Program-made: the position numbers and the translations under genes | Notes under the pieces: generated by a model | Database searches by the model: none | Seen by the model: the letters and a program-made list of their open reading frames with translations, nothing else | Told to the model about the DNA's origin: nothing | Assembly: GCA_035447925.1 (NCBI GenBank) | Contig: DAOTHY010000001.1 | Span: 201,004 to 265,003 of the forward strand | Length of the DNA: 64,000 nt | Source of the DNA: Thermotogota bacterium | GTDB lineage: Bacteria; Thermotogota; Thermotogae; MWEM01 | Direction of reading: 5' to 3' | Shown here: one piece after another, positions 1 to 8,363 of the stretch | Layout of the letters: every line of letters starts with the position of its first letter | Numbering within the stretch: position 1 is the stretch's first letter

Positions 1-333
1 ACTTTGGTTTTTTCCCCTGCCCAGGCATTACTGGCTGCAAAAGCTGGAGCCAGTTATATCAGTCCTTTTTTGGGTAGAATCGATGATATTGGCTGGGATT
101 CTATGGAAATGCTGGAAAAGACATTGGAAATTATAAGAAATTATGATTTCAAATCCGAAATCATTGCAGCCAGCATGAGGCATCCAAAGCATGTGATTGA
201 CGCTGCATTGATGGGCTGTGATATTGCAACGCTTCCTTATAAAACCCTTGAACAATTGTTTGTTCACCCGCTGACGGACATCGGGATCGAAAGGTTTTTA
301 TCAGATTGGAATCAATTAAACAAAGAAAAATGA
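1..333 (+). CDS. tal: Transaldolase/fructose-6-phosphate aldolase family (TalC/FSA), 5'-truncated by window edge
   Basis: [38 protein letters not shown] and [15 protein letters not shown] motifs. Confidence 0.9.
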   Translation, partial: TLVFSPAQALLAAKAGASYISPFLGRIDDIGWDSMEMLEKTLEIIRNYDFKSEIIAASMRHPKHVIDAALMGCDIATLPYKTLEQLFVHPLTDIGIERFLSDWNQLNKEK

Positions 334-348
334 AAGGAATGATAGAAT

Positions 349-1776
349 TTGCCACGTAAAAAGGAAGAAGATAATTTTATTGAACAAGAAATACTGACCA
401 ATGAATCCGTTGACTTAGATTCATTGGGAACGTTTCCGGATATGGAAGAAGATGAAGAGGTTGAGGAATTAGAACAGGAAAATGACAGAAAAGACAATAT
501 CCAAGAGATGGATGTTGATATCAGAAAGCTTAGCAATATGAATATCAGAGACTTGTACACACTGGCAAAAAAATACAAAATAACAGGGTTTACAAGAATG
601 AGGAAAAACGAGCTGGTTTTTGCGATATTACAAGCGCAGGCTAAAAATTTTGGTTACTTTTTTAATGAAGGTGTTCTTGATATTATCCCTAATGAAGGCT
701 ATGGTTTTTTGCGTACCGGTAATATGCTTCCGGGAAATAACGATGATATTTACGTTTCACAATCTCAAATCAGAAAATTCAGTTTGAATACCGGCGATAT
801 TGTATCTGGACAAGTACGAGCACCTAAAGAAGGTGAAAAGTATTTTGCGCTGTTGAGGATTGAAGCGGTAAACCAACGACCACCGGAAGAAGTTTTTGAA
901 AGAGTTGCTTTTACAAATCTAACACCTATCTATCCGCTTGAACAGTTTCAAACGGAACACGATCAAAAAAATCTTAGTACAAGGATCATCGATATATTCT
1001 CCCCTATTGGTAAAGGTCAAAGGGGTTTGATTGTTGCACCTCCCAAAACCGGTAAAACAACCTTACTTAAAGATATAGCCAATGGTATTGCCAAAAATCA
1101 TCCGGATACTAAGCGTATTGTATTGCTTATCGATGAAAGACCAGAAGAAGTAACCGATATTACACGTTCGGTTGATGCACAAGTGATTGCCGCCCCGTTT
1201 GATATGCCTCCAGAGAAGCAGATTAAGGTGGCTCAATTAACATTAGCCATGGCGAAAAGAATGGCTGAATACAAACACGACGTTGTGATTTTATTAGATT
1301 CAATTACCAGATTAGCCAGGGCTTATAACAACGTTGTTCCTCCAAGCGGTAAACTGCTTTCAGGTGGTGTCGATCCCAAGGCGTTATATGGTCCCAAGTA
1401 TTTTTTTGGTGCTGCAAGAAACATAGAAGAAGGCGGAAGCATTACCATTGTGGCTACTGCATTAGTTGATACGGGTAGTAAAATGGATGAAGTTATCTTT
1501 GAGGAATTTAAAGGGACCGGCAATATGGAGCTCATTTTGTCCAGACAGTTATCCAATAAAAGGATTTTTCCATCCATTAATATCAATCTTTCCGGTACGC
1601 GAAAAGAAGAGTTGTTGCTGTCCTCAGCTGAAATAAAAAAGGTTTGGTTGTTAAGAAAAATGTTAGCTACTATGGGGGAAGAAGAAGGTTTGAATTTAAT
1701 ACTAAGGAAATTGAAAGAAACCGATACGAATGATTTTTTCTTTGCGCTTTTAGATAGAGAAAAAAATAATTATTGA
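349..1776 (+). CDS. rho: Transcription termination factor Rho
   Basis: GYGFLR RNP1-like motif, DIYVSQSQIRKF, P-loop APPKTGKT, LLIDERPEEVTD, FEEFKGTGNMEL; TTG start. Confidence 0.97.
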   Translation: MPRKKEEDNFIEQEILTNESVDLDSLGTFPDMEEDEEVEELEQENDRKDNIQEMDVDIRKLSNMNIRDLYTLAKKYKITGFTRMRKNELVFAILQAQAKNFGYFFNEGVLDIIPNEGYGFLRTGNMLPGNNDDIYVSQSQIRKFSLNTGDIVSGQVRAPKEGEKYFALLRIEAVNQRPPEEVFERVAFTNLTPIYPLEQFQTEHDQKNLSTRIIDIFSPIGKGQRGLIVAPPKTGKTTLLKDIANGIAKNHPDTKRIVLLIDERPEEVTDITRSVDAQVIAAPFDMPPEKQIKVAQLTLAMAKRMAEYKHDVVILLDSITRLARAYNNVVPPSGKLLSGGVDPKALYGPKYFFGAARNIEEGGSITIVATALVDTGSKMDEVIFEEFKGTGNMELILSRQLSNKRIFPSININLSGTRKEELLLSSAEIKKVWLLRKMLATMGEEEGLNLILRKLKETDTNDFFFALLDREKNNY

Positions 1777-1801
1777 CTTTTAAGCGGTTATCATGTAAAA
1801 T
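1773..1801 (+). promoter_or_regulatory. Sigma70-type promoter for tRNA-Leu/FmdB
   Basis: TTGACT (1773-1778), 17 nt spacer, TAAAAT (1796-1801); the -35 element overlaps the rho stop codon. Confidence 0.75.
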
Positions 1802-1838
1802 AGACTCGCTGATCCAAGAAAAATGGATTCAGTATTGA

Positions 1839-1926
1839 GCCGGGGTGGCGGAACTGGCAGACGCGCATGATTCAGGTTCATGTGGGAATTATTCCTGTGC
1901 GGGTTCAAATCCCGCCCTCGGCACCA
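1839..1926 (+). tRNA. tRNA-Leu(CAG)
   Basis: Acceptor GCCGGGG/CCTCGGC-A-CCA, anticodon arm CATGA-TTCAGGT-TCATG, long variable arm, T-loop GGTTCAAATCC. Confidence 0.97.
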
Positions 1927-1959
1927 AAATCTATATTCGGTTTCGCAGGAGGTGATTTC

Positions 1960-2250
1960 ATGCCTATTTACAGATATCGTTGCGAAAAATGTGGACATGA
2001 GGAAAAAAGGTTACAATCGATTAATTCTGAACCATTGGAAAGATGTGAAGTGTGTGGTGGAAAGATGCATAAACTAATCGGTATGATCGGGATTAAATTC
2101 AATGGAAACGGGTATTATGTGACAGATACCAGTTCTGCAAAAAAGACCACTACTCACCCCGGCACATCGGCGAAAGAAAGTCCAAAAAAAGAACCTAAAA
2201 CGACTCAAAAAGATATTCCGAAGAATTCAGAAGTAAAAAAAGCGGTATAA
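1960..2250 (+). CDS. FmdB family zinc-ribbon regulatory protein
   Basis: MPIYRYRCEKCGH...CEVCGG, F-x-G-x-GYY-x-TD; GGAGGTGA SD before ATG 1960; low-complexity Lys-rich tail. Confidence 0.88.
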   Translation: MPIYRYRCEKCGHEEKRLQSINSEPLERCEVCGGKMHKLIGMIGIKFNGNGYYVTDTSSAKKTTTHPGTSAKESPKKEPKTTQKDIPKNSEVKKAV

Positions 2251-2282
2251 AAAAAGACTCTCTTTAAGGGAGTCTTTTTTTT
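2249..2282. terminator. Bidirectional intrinsic terminator between FmdB gene and tRNA-Gly
   Basis: A-run, GACTCTCT/AGGGAGTC stem, T-run. Confidence 0.8.
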
Positions 2283-2356
2283 GGAGCGGCCGACGGGACT
2301 CGAACCCGCAACCCTCAGCTTGGGAAGCTGATATTCTACCATTGAACTACAGCCGC
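2282..2356 (-). tRNA. tRNA-Gly(CCC)
   Basis: Reverse complement GCGGCTGTAGTTCAATGGTAGAA...TCAGC-TTCCCAA-GCTGA...GGTTCGAGTCCC...GCCGCTCCA. Confidence 0.97.
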
Positions 2357-2386
2357 AAAAAGTAAACAACTCATAGAATCATCTGT

Positions 2387-2415
2387 ATTGTAAACGAAAA
2401 TCTTTCAATTGTCAA
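2387..2415 (-). promoter_or_regulatory. Sigma70-type promoter of tRNA-Gly
   Basis: TTGACA (2415-2410), 17 nt spacer, TACAAT (2392-2387). Confidence 0.8.
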
Positions 2416-2423
2416 GCTGTTAT

Positions 2424-2699
2424 TTATGAACTGCAACATCCGTTGCAGCCGCCGCAAGATGAGCAATCAGTTTGATGATCAGAACAATCATGCGTTTTTT
2501 GCTGTGAACACTGTGAGTTTTTGGAAAGATTTTTGAGTTTTTGCTTACTCCACGATTCCAGTTGGTCAGTATTGGGTTTTTTAATACCCAATGCCTTGCA
2601 GAATAAGATGACTGCTCTATCTGTTGTACAGCTAAATTTTCTCTCAATCTCGGATATAGTCATCTGATTTTCGATGATCAATCTGCTTTTTGAATCCAT
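2424..2699 (-). CDS. Small hypothetical protein with Cys-rich C-terminus
   Basis: 91 aa ORF with AGGAG SD; ends DCSDHQTDCSSCGGCNGCCSS. Confidence 0.7.
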   Translation of the reverse strand: MDSKSRLIIENQMTISEIERKFSCTTDRAVILFCKALGIKKPNTDQLESWSKQKLKNLSKNSQCSQQKTHDCSDHQTDCSSCGGCNGCCSS

Positions 2700-2713
2700 A
2701 GTTTTCTCCTTTT

Positions 2714-3502
2714 CTAATTAGCAGGAAGCCATATATTAAAAGCTCCCGGTACGTTATTGATAGATCGCGCATTCATTTTAACCATTTTTGTGCTTCCAAA
2801 ATTAAAAAACAAGATATAGGTGTCTTCGTAATTCCCGCTGGTTATTTTGAAATTCCTGGGTACAATGATTGTTTTATCCTCGAGAATTACTTTAGGTTCT
2901 TTGTAATAGTAAAATTGCTCTTCGGATAATCCCGGTGAAACATTCTTTCCAAATAGGGTTTTCGAATTGCCTTCAATCGATATCCATACAGGTGAGTTTC
3001 CACTGATGAAAAGACGGCAATAGCCTAAATTCTTAAAATCACCTAGTTGCGAGATGTTGATAATGTCATCAATGCCAATCAGGTAATCCTCTATTAAATG
3101 TGCTGAGATCACGGCTTGATTAAACCATCCGTTTGGTTTTAACATATTATAGGTTTCTTCTGATTGCTGTTTGATATCTTGATACCAGCTGTTGTACTTA
3201 GCGCTCATTGCATCAAGTCGTGAATTCGTTGCTTTCTCGTTGCTGTACATCTTTAAAAAAGCTGCTACAGAAAAGAAAACAGCAATAATGAGACATAGAT
3301 ATAAGAAAAATGAATGAGTATTTTTTGTTTTTTTGCTTCTCGGCATATCCATTTCTGAAGATATTTTGATTCTTTCTTTTCTTGGCCGTCTTTTTTTCTT
3401 TTCCTCTTTCATTGGTACAGTTTGTTCATCGTTTTTTTCAATGATGGGTTTTTTGATTGATTCTGGTGTGTTCTTGGCACCTGGTCCGGGAATGTATACC
3501 AT
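2714..3502 (-). CDS. Hypothetical single-pass membrane protein
   Basis: 262 aa; basic N-terminal region, one hydrophobic segment (FFLYLCLIIAVFFSVAAFL), starts immediately after the sigma factor stop. Confidence 0.7.
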   Translation of the reverse strand: MVYIPGPGAKNTPESIKKPIIEKNDEQTVPMKEEKKKRRPRKERIKISSEMDMPRSKKTKNTHSFFLYLCLIIAVFFSVAAFLKMYSNEKATNSRLDAMSAKYNSWYQDIKQQSEETYNMLKPNGWFNQAVISAHLIEDYLIGIDDIINISQLGDFKNLGYCRLFISGNSPVWISIEGNSKTLFGKNVSPGLSEEQFYYYKEPKVILEDKTIIVPRNFKITSGNYEDTYILFFNFGSTKMVKMNARSINNVPGAFNIWLPAN

Positions 3503-4168
3503 TCAGCTCATCCTTCCTAAAAACCAATCTTGGAAATATCTGAATTCGGCTTGGTACTTGTCAAAATGGTTTTTAAAAATTTTTTTGCATTTTTGAATCG
3601 TGTTATCAACTTTTTTCTTTTTCATCGTTTCTTGCTTAGAGATGTCATCATAGGTATATTTTTTAAGAAACATCTCAAATACTCGGTACTCTAATTCTGT
3701 GACTTCTTTTTTTAAGGCATTCATGGTTTTATCGATAATCATTTGATCATCATATGGATTCTCATAAATATCCTGTTTTTCTTTAGTAATGAAATAAGTG
3801 CCTTCTTCATCTTCCTGAGTTTCATGCAATACTTCTTCAAATGAAATCGATTCAGAAAGCATTTTGTTCTTTTTTCGGTTCAAGTAGGTTAAAAATGATT
3901 TCATCTCAGAATTAATATTCATCCAAGCAAAAGTGTTAAAATTTGATTTTTTGTCGCAATCATAGTAGAAGATAGCTTTTAATAATCCAACATAACCGTT
4001 TTGAATTATATCACTTTTTTCAGCCCATGAACCATAGTATTGCTGGGACAATTTGTACACCATGTCATGGTATCGCTCTACTATTAACTCAATAGCCTCT
4101 TGAGTACCTGTTTGAGCATATTCGATTAATGCTTCCGTACTCATTTTTCTCAGTTTATAGATGATCAT
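3503..4168 (-). CDS. Sigma-70 family RNA polymerase sigma factor, SigH-like
   Basis: Region 2 DIIQNGYVGLLKAIFYYD...FNTFAWMNI; region 4 TYDDIS...KKKVDNTIQKCKK; true start may be ATG 4144. Confidence 0.85.
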   Translation of the reverse strand: MIIYKLRKMSTEALIEYAQTGTQEAIELIVERYHDMVYKLSQQYYGSWAEKSDIIQNGYVGLLKAIFYYDCDKKSNFNTFAWMNINSEMKSFLTYLNRKKNKMLSESISFEEVLHETQEDEEGTYFITKEKQDIYENPYDDQMIIDKTMNALKKEVTELEYRVFEMFLKKYTYDDISKQETMKKKKVDNTIQKCKKIFKNHFDKYQAEFRYFQDWFLGRMS

Positions 4169-5063
4169 GTTTTGATTCTGATTTATTTTCGGAATAAAAA
4201 AGGCCTGCTATAACCAAAGTTCCTCCAATAATAGTAGTTAAGTGTGGAACATCTTTTAAGAAGATGCCTTGTGCAAAAGCGGTAACAATTGGAATGGTAA
4301 ATAAAGAATTGGTTGTTTTTCTCGGGCCAAGGTGTTTAAGGGATTCATTCCAAAAATAATAGGCAAGGCTTGAACAAAATATACCGAGATACAACAGACT
4401 GATAATGATTTGCGGGCTTTGAAAAGGCAAAAGAATATCTCCTTTAAAAGAAAAAAATTCAACCGCAGATGGAGGAATCAAAAAAATAAACCCCCAAAAA
4501 GTAATCGACTTGGTTACCGATAAGGTCCTAAAAAAATCATTTTTTTGTGAATGGTCATTATTCTTTTTTTCAATTTCGATGAGATAGTGAGTATACATAA
4601 TCCATGCGATAACGGCAAAAATAGTCAGTAAATCTCCGAGCGGGTTCACTTCAAGCCGAAATTGGTCTCCTACGATGACAACGCCAACCCCCAGAAAAGC
4701 GGTCAACGACCCAGCAACATTTTTCTTAGATATGTTAATTGACGAGAACATTTTAAGATAGATTAGATTGAACATTGGAATGGTGCTGATAATCAGTGCA
4801 ACATTAGTGGGAGAAGTGTATCTCAACGCAAAATTTTCAAAAACAAAGTAAAGCGTTATACCCCATAATCCGCATAATAACCTATGCTTAAGGCTACCAT
4901 ACGGTTTATGACCTTTGGTGATAATAATCAACACAAACCAGGCGATTAAAAATCTTATCATCGCTGTCATAACAGGAGGAAGTGTATCAATAATGACGGA
5001 TGTTGCTACAAAGGATAATCCCCAAAATACAATCGTTGACCATAAAAAAATGTGATAGATCAT
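4155..5063 (-). CDS. DMT/EamA family transporter
   Basis: About 10 TM helices; WGLSF, FENFALRYTSPTNVALI, GDLLT, YLGIFCSSLAYYFWN. Confidence 0.9.
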   Translation of the reverse strand: MIYHIFLWSTIVFWGLSFVATSVIIDTLPPVMTAMIRFLIAWFVLIIITKGHKPYGSLKHRLLCGLWGITLYFVFENFALRYTSPTNVALIISTIPMFNLIYLKMFSSINISKKNVAGSLTAFLGVGVVIVGDQFRLEVNPLGDLLTIFAVIAWIMYTHYLIEIEKKNNDHSQKNDFFRTLSVTKSITFWGFIFLIPPSAVEFFSFKGDILLPFQSPQIIISLLYLGIFCSSLAYYFWNESLKHLGPRKTTNSLFTIPIVTAFAQGIFLKDVPHLTTIIGGTLVIAGLFYSENKSESKHDHL

Positions 5064-5088
5064 AAAGCTCCTAATTGATTTTATGAAA

Positions 5089-5391
5089 GAGTGGGACTAT
5101 AAGCCGGATTCTGTCTTGAATGGCCATTTATCTTTGCGGTCTACCCGGAAAGTTTGAGCCGGGCCGCTCGTCTTTCCTGTTTGACCTTGCTCAAGGCGGG
5201 GGTTACCAAGCCATCTGATTACTCAGATGCTGGTGAGCTCTTACCTCACCTTTCCATCCTTGCCAAAACGGCGGTCTGCTTTTCTATAGCCCTTACCAAG
5301 GATCGCTCCTTCCGATTGTTACTCGGCGCCTTGCCCTAAGAGTCCGGACTTTCCTCTGGATCATTCACTCCAGCGACCATCCATCCCACTC
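5089..5391 (-). ncRNA. rnpB: RNase P RNA, bacterial type A (M1 RNA)
   Basis: Reverse complement has GAGGAAAGTCCGG and ACAGAATCCGGCTTAT (P4), P1 GAGTGGGA/TCCCACTC, P2 GATGGTC/GGCCATT. Confidence 0.96.
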
Positions 5392-5419
5392 TAAATAAGT
5401 TTTAATAAACGATGACAAT

Positions 5420-6265
5420 CTAAAAAAAGATTCTTTGAATTGCTTCTCCAACTGCATGATGATTGTTGCTGGCGACGATCATTTTACAATGTTCTTTTAT
5501 TTCCTTCGATGCATTTTCTGGCGCTATTGATAAACCGACTTTTTTCAATAAAGGGAGATCGTTGAAATTATCTCCAATAAAGACTGTTTTTTGTGCAGTT
5601 GTATGGTAACGCTCTAATAAATGGGTTAGGGCATCTCCTTTTGAAACTTTTGGTCCAAAAAATTCCAAGAAACTGCAATCATCTCCTATAGGAGATAAGA
5701 CATGGCTGATTTCATTTGAATATTGAAAAGAAACTTGTTCTAATAGATCACACAAATCCATTTCATTACCTATAATTGCTAATTGCCCAATTTCTTTTCG
5801 TTTATCAAAGTAAGCATCCAACGAATCCACAAAAGTGATTCTTTCGTGATTATGCTGGAAATAATGATCGAAAGAAGGACAGTCAATCGAATTTTTCTCA
5901 ACCATCATATCTTTTGATTGGGATGTTTCTGTTTCGTGATAGCCAGTATAAGCTATTATAGTGAAATTTCGGTCTTTTGCCAACTGATAGATATTCCAAG
6001 CTACAGAGGCGTTCAAATAGATTTCATTGATCACCTTTCTGGAAGGCATTTCAATAATCAAGGCCCCGTTTTGCAGAGCGACCAATCCTTCTACATTCAA
6101 AACCTTTAAATAGTCATAGGCTGAATAAAAGTTTCGGCCTGTAAAAACACTGAAGGCTATTTGCTTCTCACGCAACATCTCAATCGCTTGATAATTTTTA
6201 TCAGAAATTTTTTTATCGTCATCAAGCAACGTTCCGTCAAGATCTGTGATGAATAATTCGAACAT
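5420..6265 (-). CDS. Cof-type HAD-IIB family hydrolase
   Basis: ITDLDGTLL motif I, FTGR, SKGDAL, FIGDNFNDLPL, PENA. Confidence 0.92.
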   Translation of the reverse strand: MFELFITDLDGTLLDDDKKISDKNYQAIEMLREKQIAFSVFTGRNFYSAYDYLKVLNVEGLVALQNGALIIEMPSRKVINEIYLNASVAWNIYQLAKDRNFTIIAYTGYHETETSQSKDMMVEKNSIDCPSFDHYFQHNHERITFVDSLDAYFDKRKEIGQLAIIGNEMDLCDLLEQVSFQYSNEISHVLSPIGDDCSFLEFFGPKVSKGDALTHLLERYHTTAQKTVFIGDNFNDLPLLKKVGLSIAPENASKEIKEHCKMIVASNNHHAVGEAIQRIFF

Positions 6266-6305
6266 AAATCAACCCCTGCCACAATTAAATGTCTACGATT
6301 CGATC

Positions 6306-6815
6306 CTATGCAGTAAATTCTTTGAATTTCTCTCCCGGTACACCACATATCGGGCATTTTTCAGGAACTTCTTCTTCAACAGTATGACCACAAACGGGAC
6401 AAATAAATATTTTTGTTGCTGGATAATCCTTTTCATCCTCGGCAATTTTTTTTGCTTTTCTATACATGTCTTCATGAATCTTCTCAGCTTCAAGCGCATA
6501 ATGTGTCGATCTTTGAGCTTCTTTTTCTCCTTGAAATTTGGTTACTTCATGATAAACAGGATACATTTCTTCAACTTCAAAATTCTCGCCGTCTATGCAT
6601 TGCTCAATGTTTTCAGGGATAGAGCCTAGTTTTTTCAGTGCTTTGAAATGGTTCTTGGCGTGTACATATTCAGCATATGAGATTGCCTCAAATAAATTTG
6701 CTAAACCAGGTTTTCCTTTCATTTTTGCGTCTTCAGCAAATATGGCATATTTCATGTGTGCTTCTGATTCGCCTGCAAAGGCGGCCGCTAAAAACTCTTT
6801 AGTCATTTCTTTCAT
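6306..6815 (-). CDS. Rubrerythrin
   Basis: AFAGESEAHMKY, EYVHA, GENFEVEEMYP, EKIH; C-terminal CPVCGH...CPICG rubredoxin-like domain. Confidence 0.93.
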   Translation of the reverse strand: MKEMTKEFLAAAFAGESEAHMKYAIFAEDAKMKGKPGLANLFEAISYAEYVHAKNHFKALKKLGSIPENIEQCIDGENFEVEEMYPVYHEVTKFQGEKEAQRSTHYALEAEKIHEDMYRKAKKIAEDEKDYPATKIFICPVCGHTVEEEVPEKCPICGVPGEKFKEFTA

Positions 6816-6864
6816 ACAGTTCCCTCCTCATATGGATTTCGATCAATTATAACATGGATATTTG

Positions 6865-6873
6865 TGATATAAT
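6865..6873 (+). promoter_or_regulatory. Extended -10 promoter
   Basis: TGATATAAT upstream of the PLP enzyme gene. Confidence 0.55.
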
Positions 6874-6915
6874 CCTTAAAAGCTAACAGGAGGTGAAGCG
6901 CATTAAGCGCAAATT

Positions 6916-8307
6916 ATGAAGAAAAAGATCTTAGGTCCGACTTTTGAAGAAATGCTACACCCGGAAAAGATTGACAGAACAATTAGAGAAATGGCTTTAA
7001 AGGCTATGAAAGAAGATCCTCTTGATCCGATTAACCTCTTTAATATAACCTGGAAGGATTCAGATAATCAAATCAGATATTTTGTAATGCCAAAGGAAAT
7101 CACCGGGGTAAAAGCTAACATCGTTGTCTTATATGGTAAAGATTTTCCGACTGAAAGCCATAAAGTAGGCGCCACATATTCCATTTTAATGGAAAAAGTG
7201 ATAAGAAATGAGATAGATCCTTTTTACAATACACTGATATGGCCATCAACGGGTAATTATGGTATTGGTGGAGCCTGGGTGGGTTGCAGAATGGGGTTTG
7301 ATTCGGTTGTTCTGCTTCCTGAGATGATGAGCCAAGAAAGGTTTGATCTAATCAGAGAATATGGTGGCAAAGTGATTCCAACCCCTGGGTGTGAATCAAA
7401 TGTGAAAGAGATCTATGATAAATCCAAAGAATTGAAAGCTCAAAATCCGGAAAAAGTAAGGGTATTGAATCAATTTGAAGAGTTCGGCAATTACAGGTTC
7501 CATTATTATGTTACTGGAAATACACTTTTGGAATTAACCCAAGAACTTCATTCAAAAGGGATTGGAACGGGAAAAATCTCAGCCATTGTCAGCTCTATGG
7601 GATCATCCGGTACCATTGCCTGCGGTGATCGAATCAAGGAAGAGCAGCCGAGATGCCTGATTATCGGGTCAGAACCGATACAGTGCCCCACTTTGATCAG
7701 CAATGGTTATGGTGGTCATGACATTCAGGGAATTGGTGACAAGCACGTCACATGGATTCATAATGTGATGAACATGGATGCCATGGTTGCGGTAGATGAT
7801 GTGGAATCTAAAAAGGGATTACAATTTTTGACGGACCCTGTTGGAATGGATTTCATTTCCAAACTTGGTGTTAAACAAGAAGAAGTTGAATTAATGTCTA
7901 AAATATTTGGAATTTCCGGCGTTTGCAATCTTTATAGTGCAATAAAAGCGGCTAAATATTATGATATGACCGAAAAAGACACTTTGTTCACAATAGCAAC
8001 TGACAATATCGACAGATACCGAACAGTAATGAATGACCTTGATAAGCAATATGGACAAATGGATACTTGTGAGGCTAAAGTACGGTATGAAATGCTGTTT
8101 AAAGGTGTAAAGACCGATTGGGTACAAGAAGCAACATATGCTATTAGAAAAAGATGGCATAATTTGAAATACTACACTTGGGTAGAACAACAAGGTAAAT
8201 CAGTAGAAGAATTAAACTATACAATGACAGAAGAGTTTTGGCAGGAACAAAGGGATAAGATTAAGGAAACAGACAAATTGATGGAAGAATATCGAAAAAG
8301 CGAATAA
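6916..8307 (+). CDS. PLP-dependent fold-type II enzyme (long cysteine synthase/tryptophan synthase beta-like family), function unknown
   Basis: SHKVG (PLP lysine), PSTGNYG, SSMGSSGT glycine loop, HDIQGIGD. Confidence 0.82.
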   Translation: MKKKILGPTFEEMLHPEKIDRTIREMALKAMKEDPLDPINLFNITWKDSDNQIRYFVMPKEITGVKANIVVLYGKDFPTESHKVGATYSILMEKVIRNEIDPFYNTLIWPSTGNYGIGGAWVGCRMGFDSVVLLPEMMSQERFDLIREYGGKVIPTPGCESNVKEIYDKSKELKAQNPEKVRVLNQFEEFGNYRFHYYVTGNTLLELTQELHSKGIGTGKISAIVSSMGSSGTIACGDRIKEEQPRCLIIGSEPIQCPTLISNGYGGHDIQGIGDKHVTWIHNVMNMDAMVAVDDVESKKGLQFLTDPVGMDFISKLGVKQEEVELMSKIFGISGVCNLYSAIKAAKYYDMTEKDTLFTIATDNIDRYRTVMNDLDKQYGQMDTCEAKVRYEMLFKGVKTDWVQEATYAIRKRWHNLKYYTWVEQQGKSVEELNYTMTEEFWQEQRDKIKETDKLMEEYRKSE

Positions 8308-8324
8308 AAACGATCAGTAGAATC

Positions 8325-8359
8325 AAAAAAAGGGGCAATAGTAAAGTTGCCCCTTTTTT
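8325..8359. terminator. Bidirectional intrinsic terminator
   Basis: A7-GGGGCAA-loop-TTGCCCC-T6 between convergent genes. Confidence 0.88.
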
Positions 8360-8363
8360 AATT

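Noticed and set aside
1780-2077. Short ORFs overlapping tRNA-Leu, including the N-terminal extension of the 1867-2250 ORF
   Set aside because: They overlap the tRNA; FmdB has a clear SD and ATG at 1960
1839-2356. tRNAs as integration sites for a genomic island or prophage
   Set aside because: No integrase and no duplicated tRNA 3' end seen in the window
5154-5339. 61-aa plus-strand ORF
   Set aside because: Antisense to rnpB; artefact of a GC-rich structural RNA
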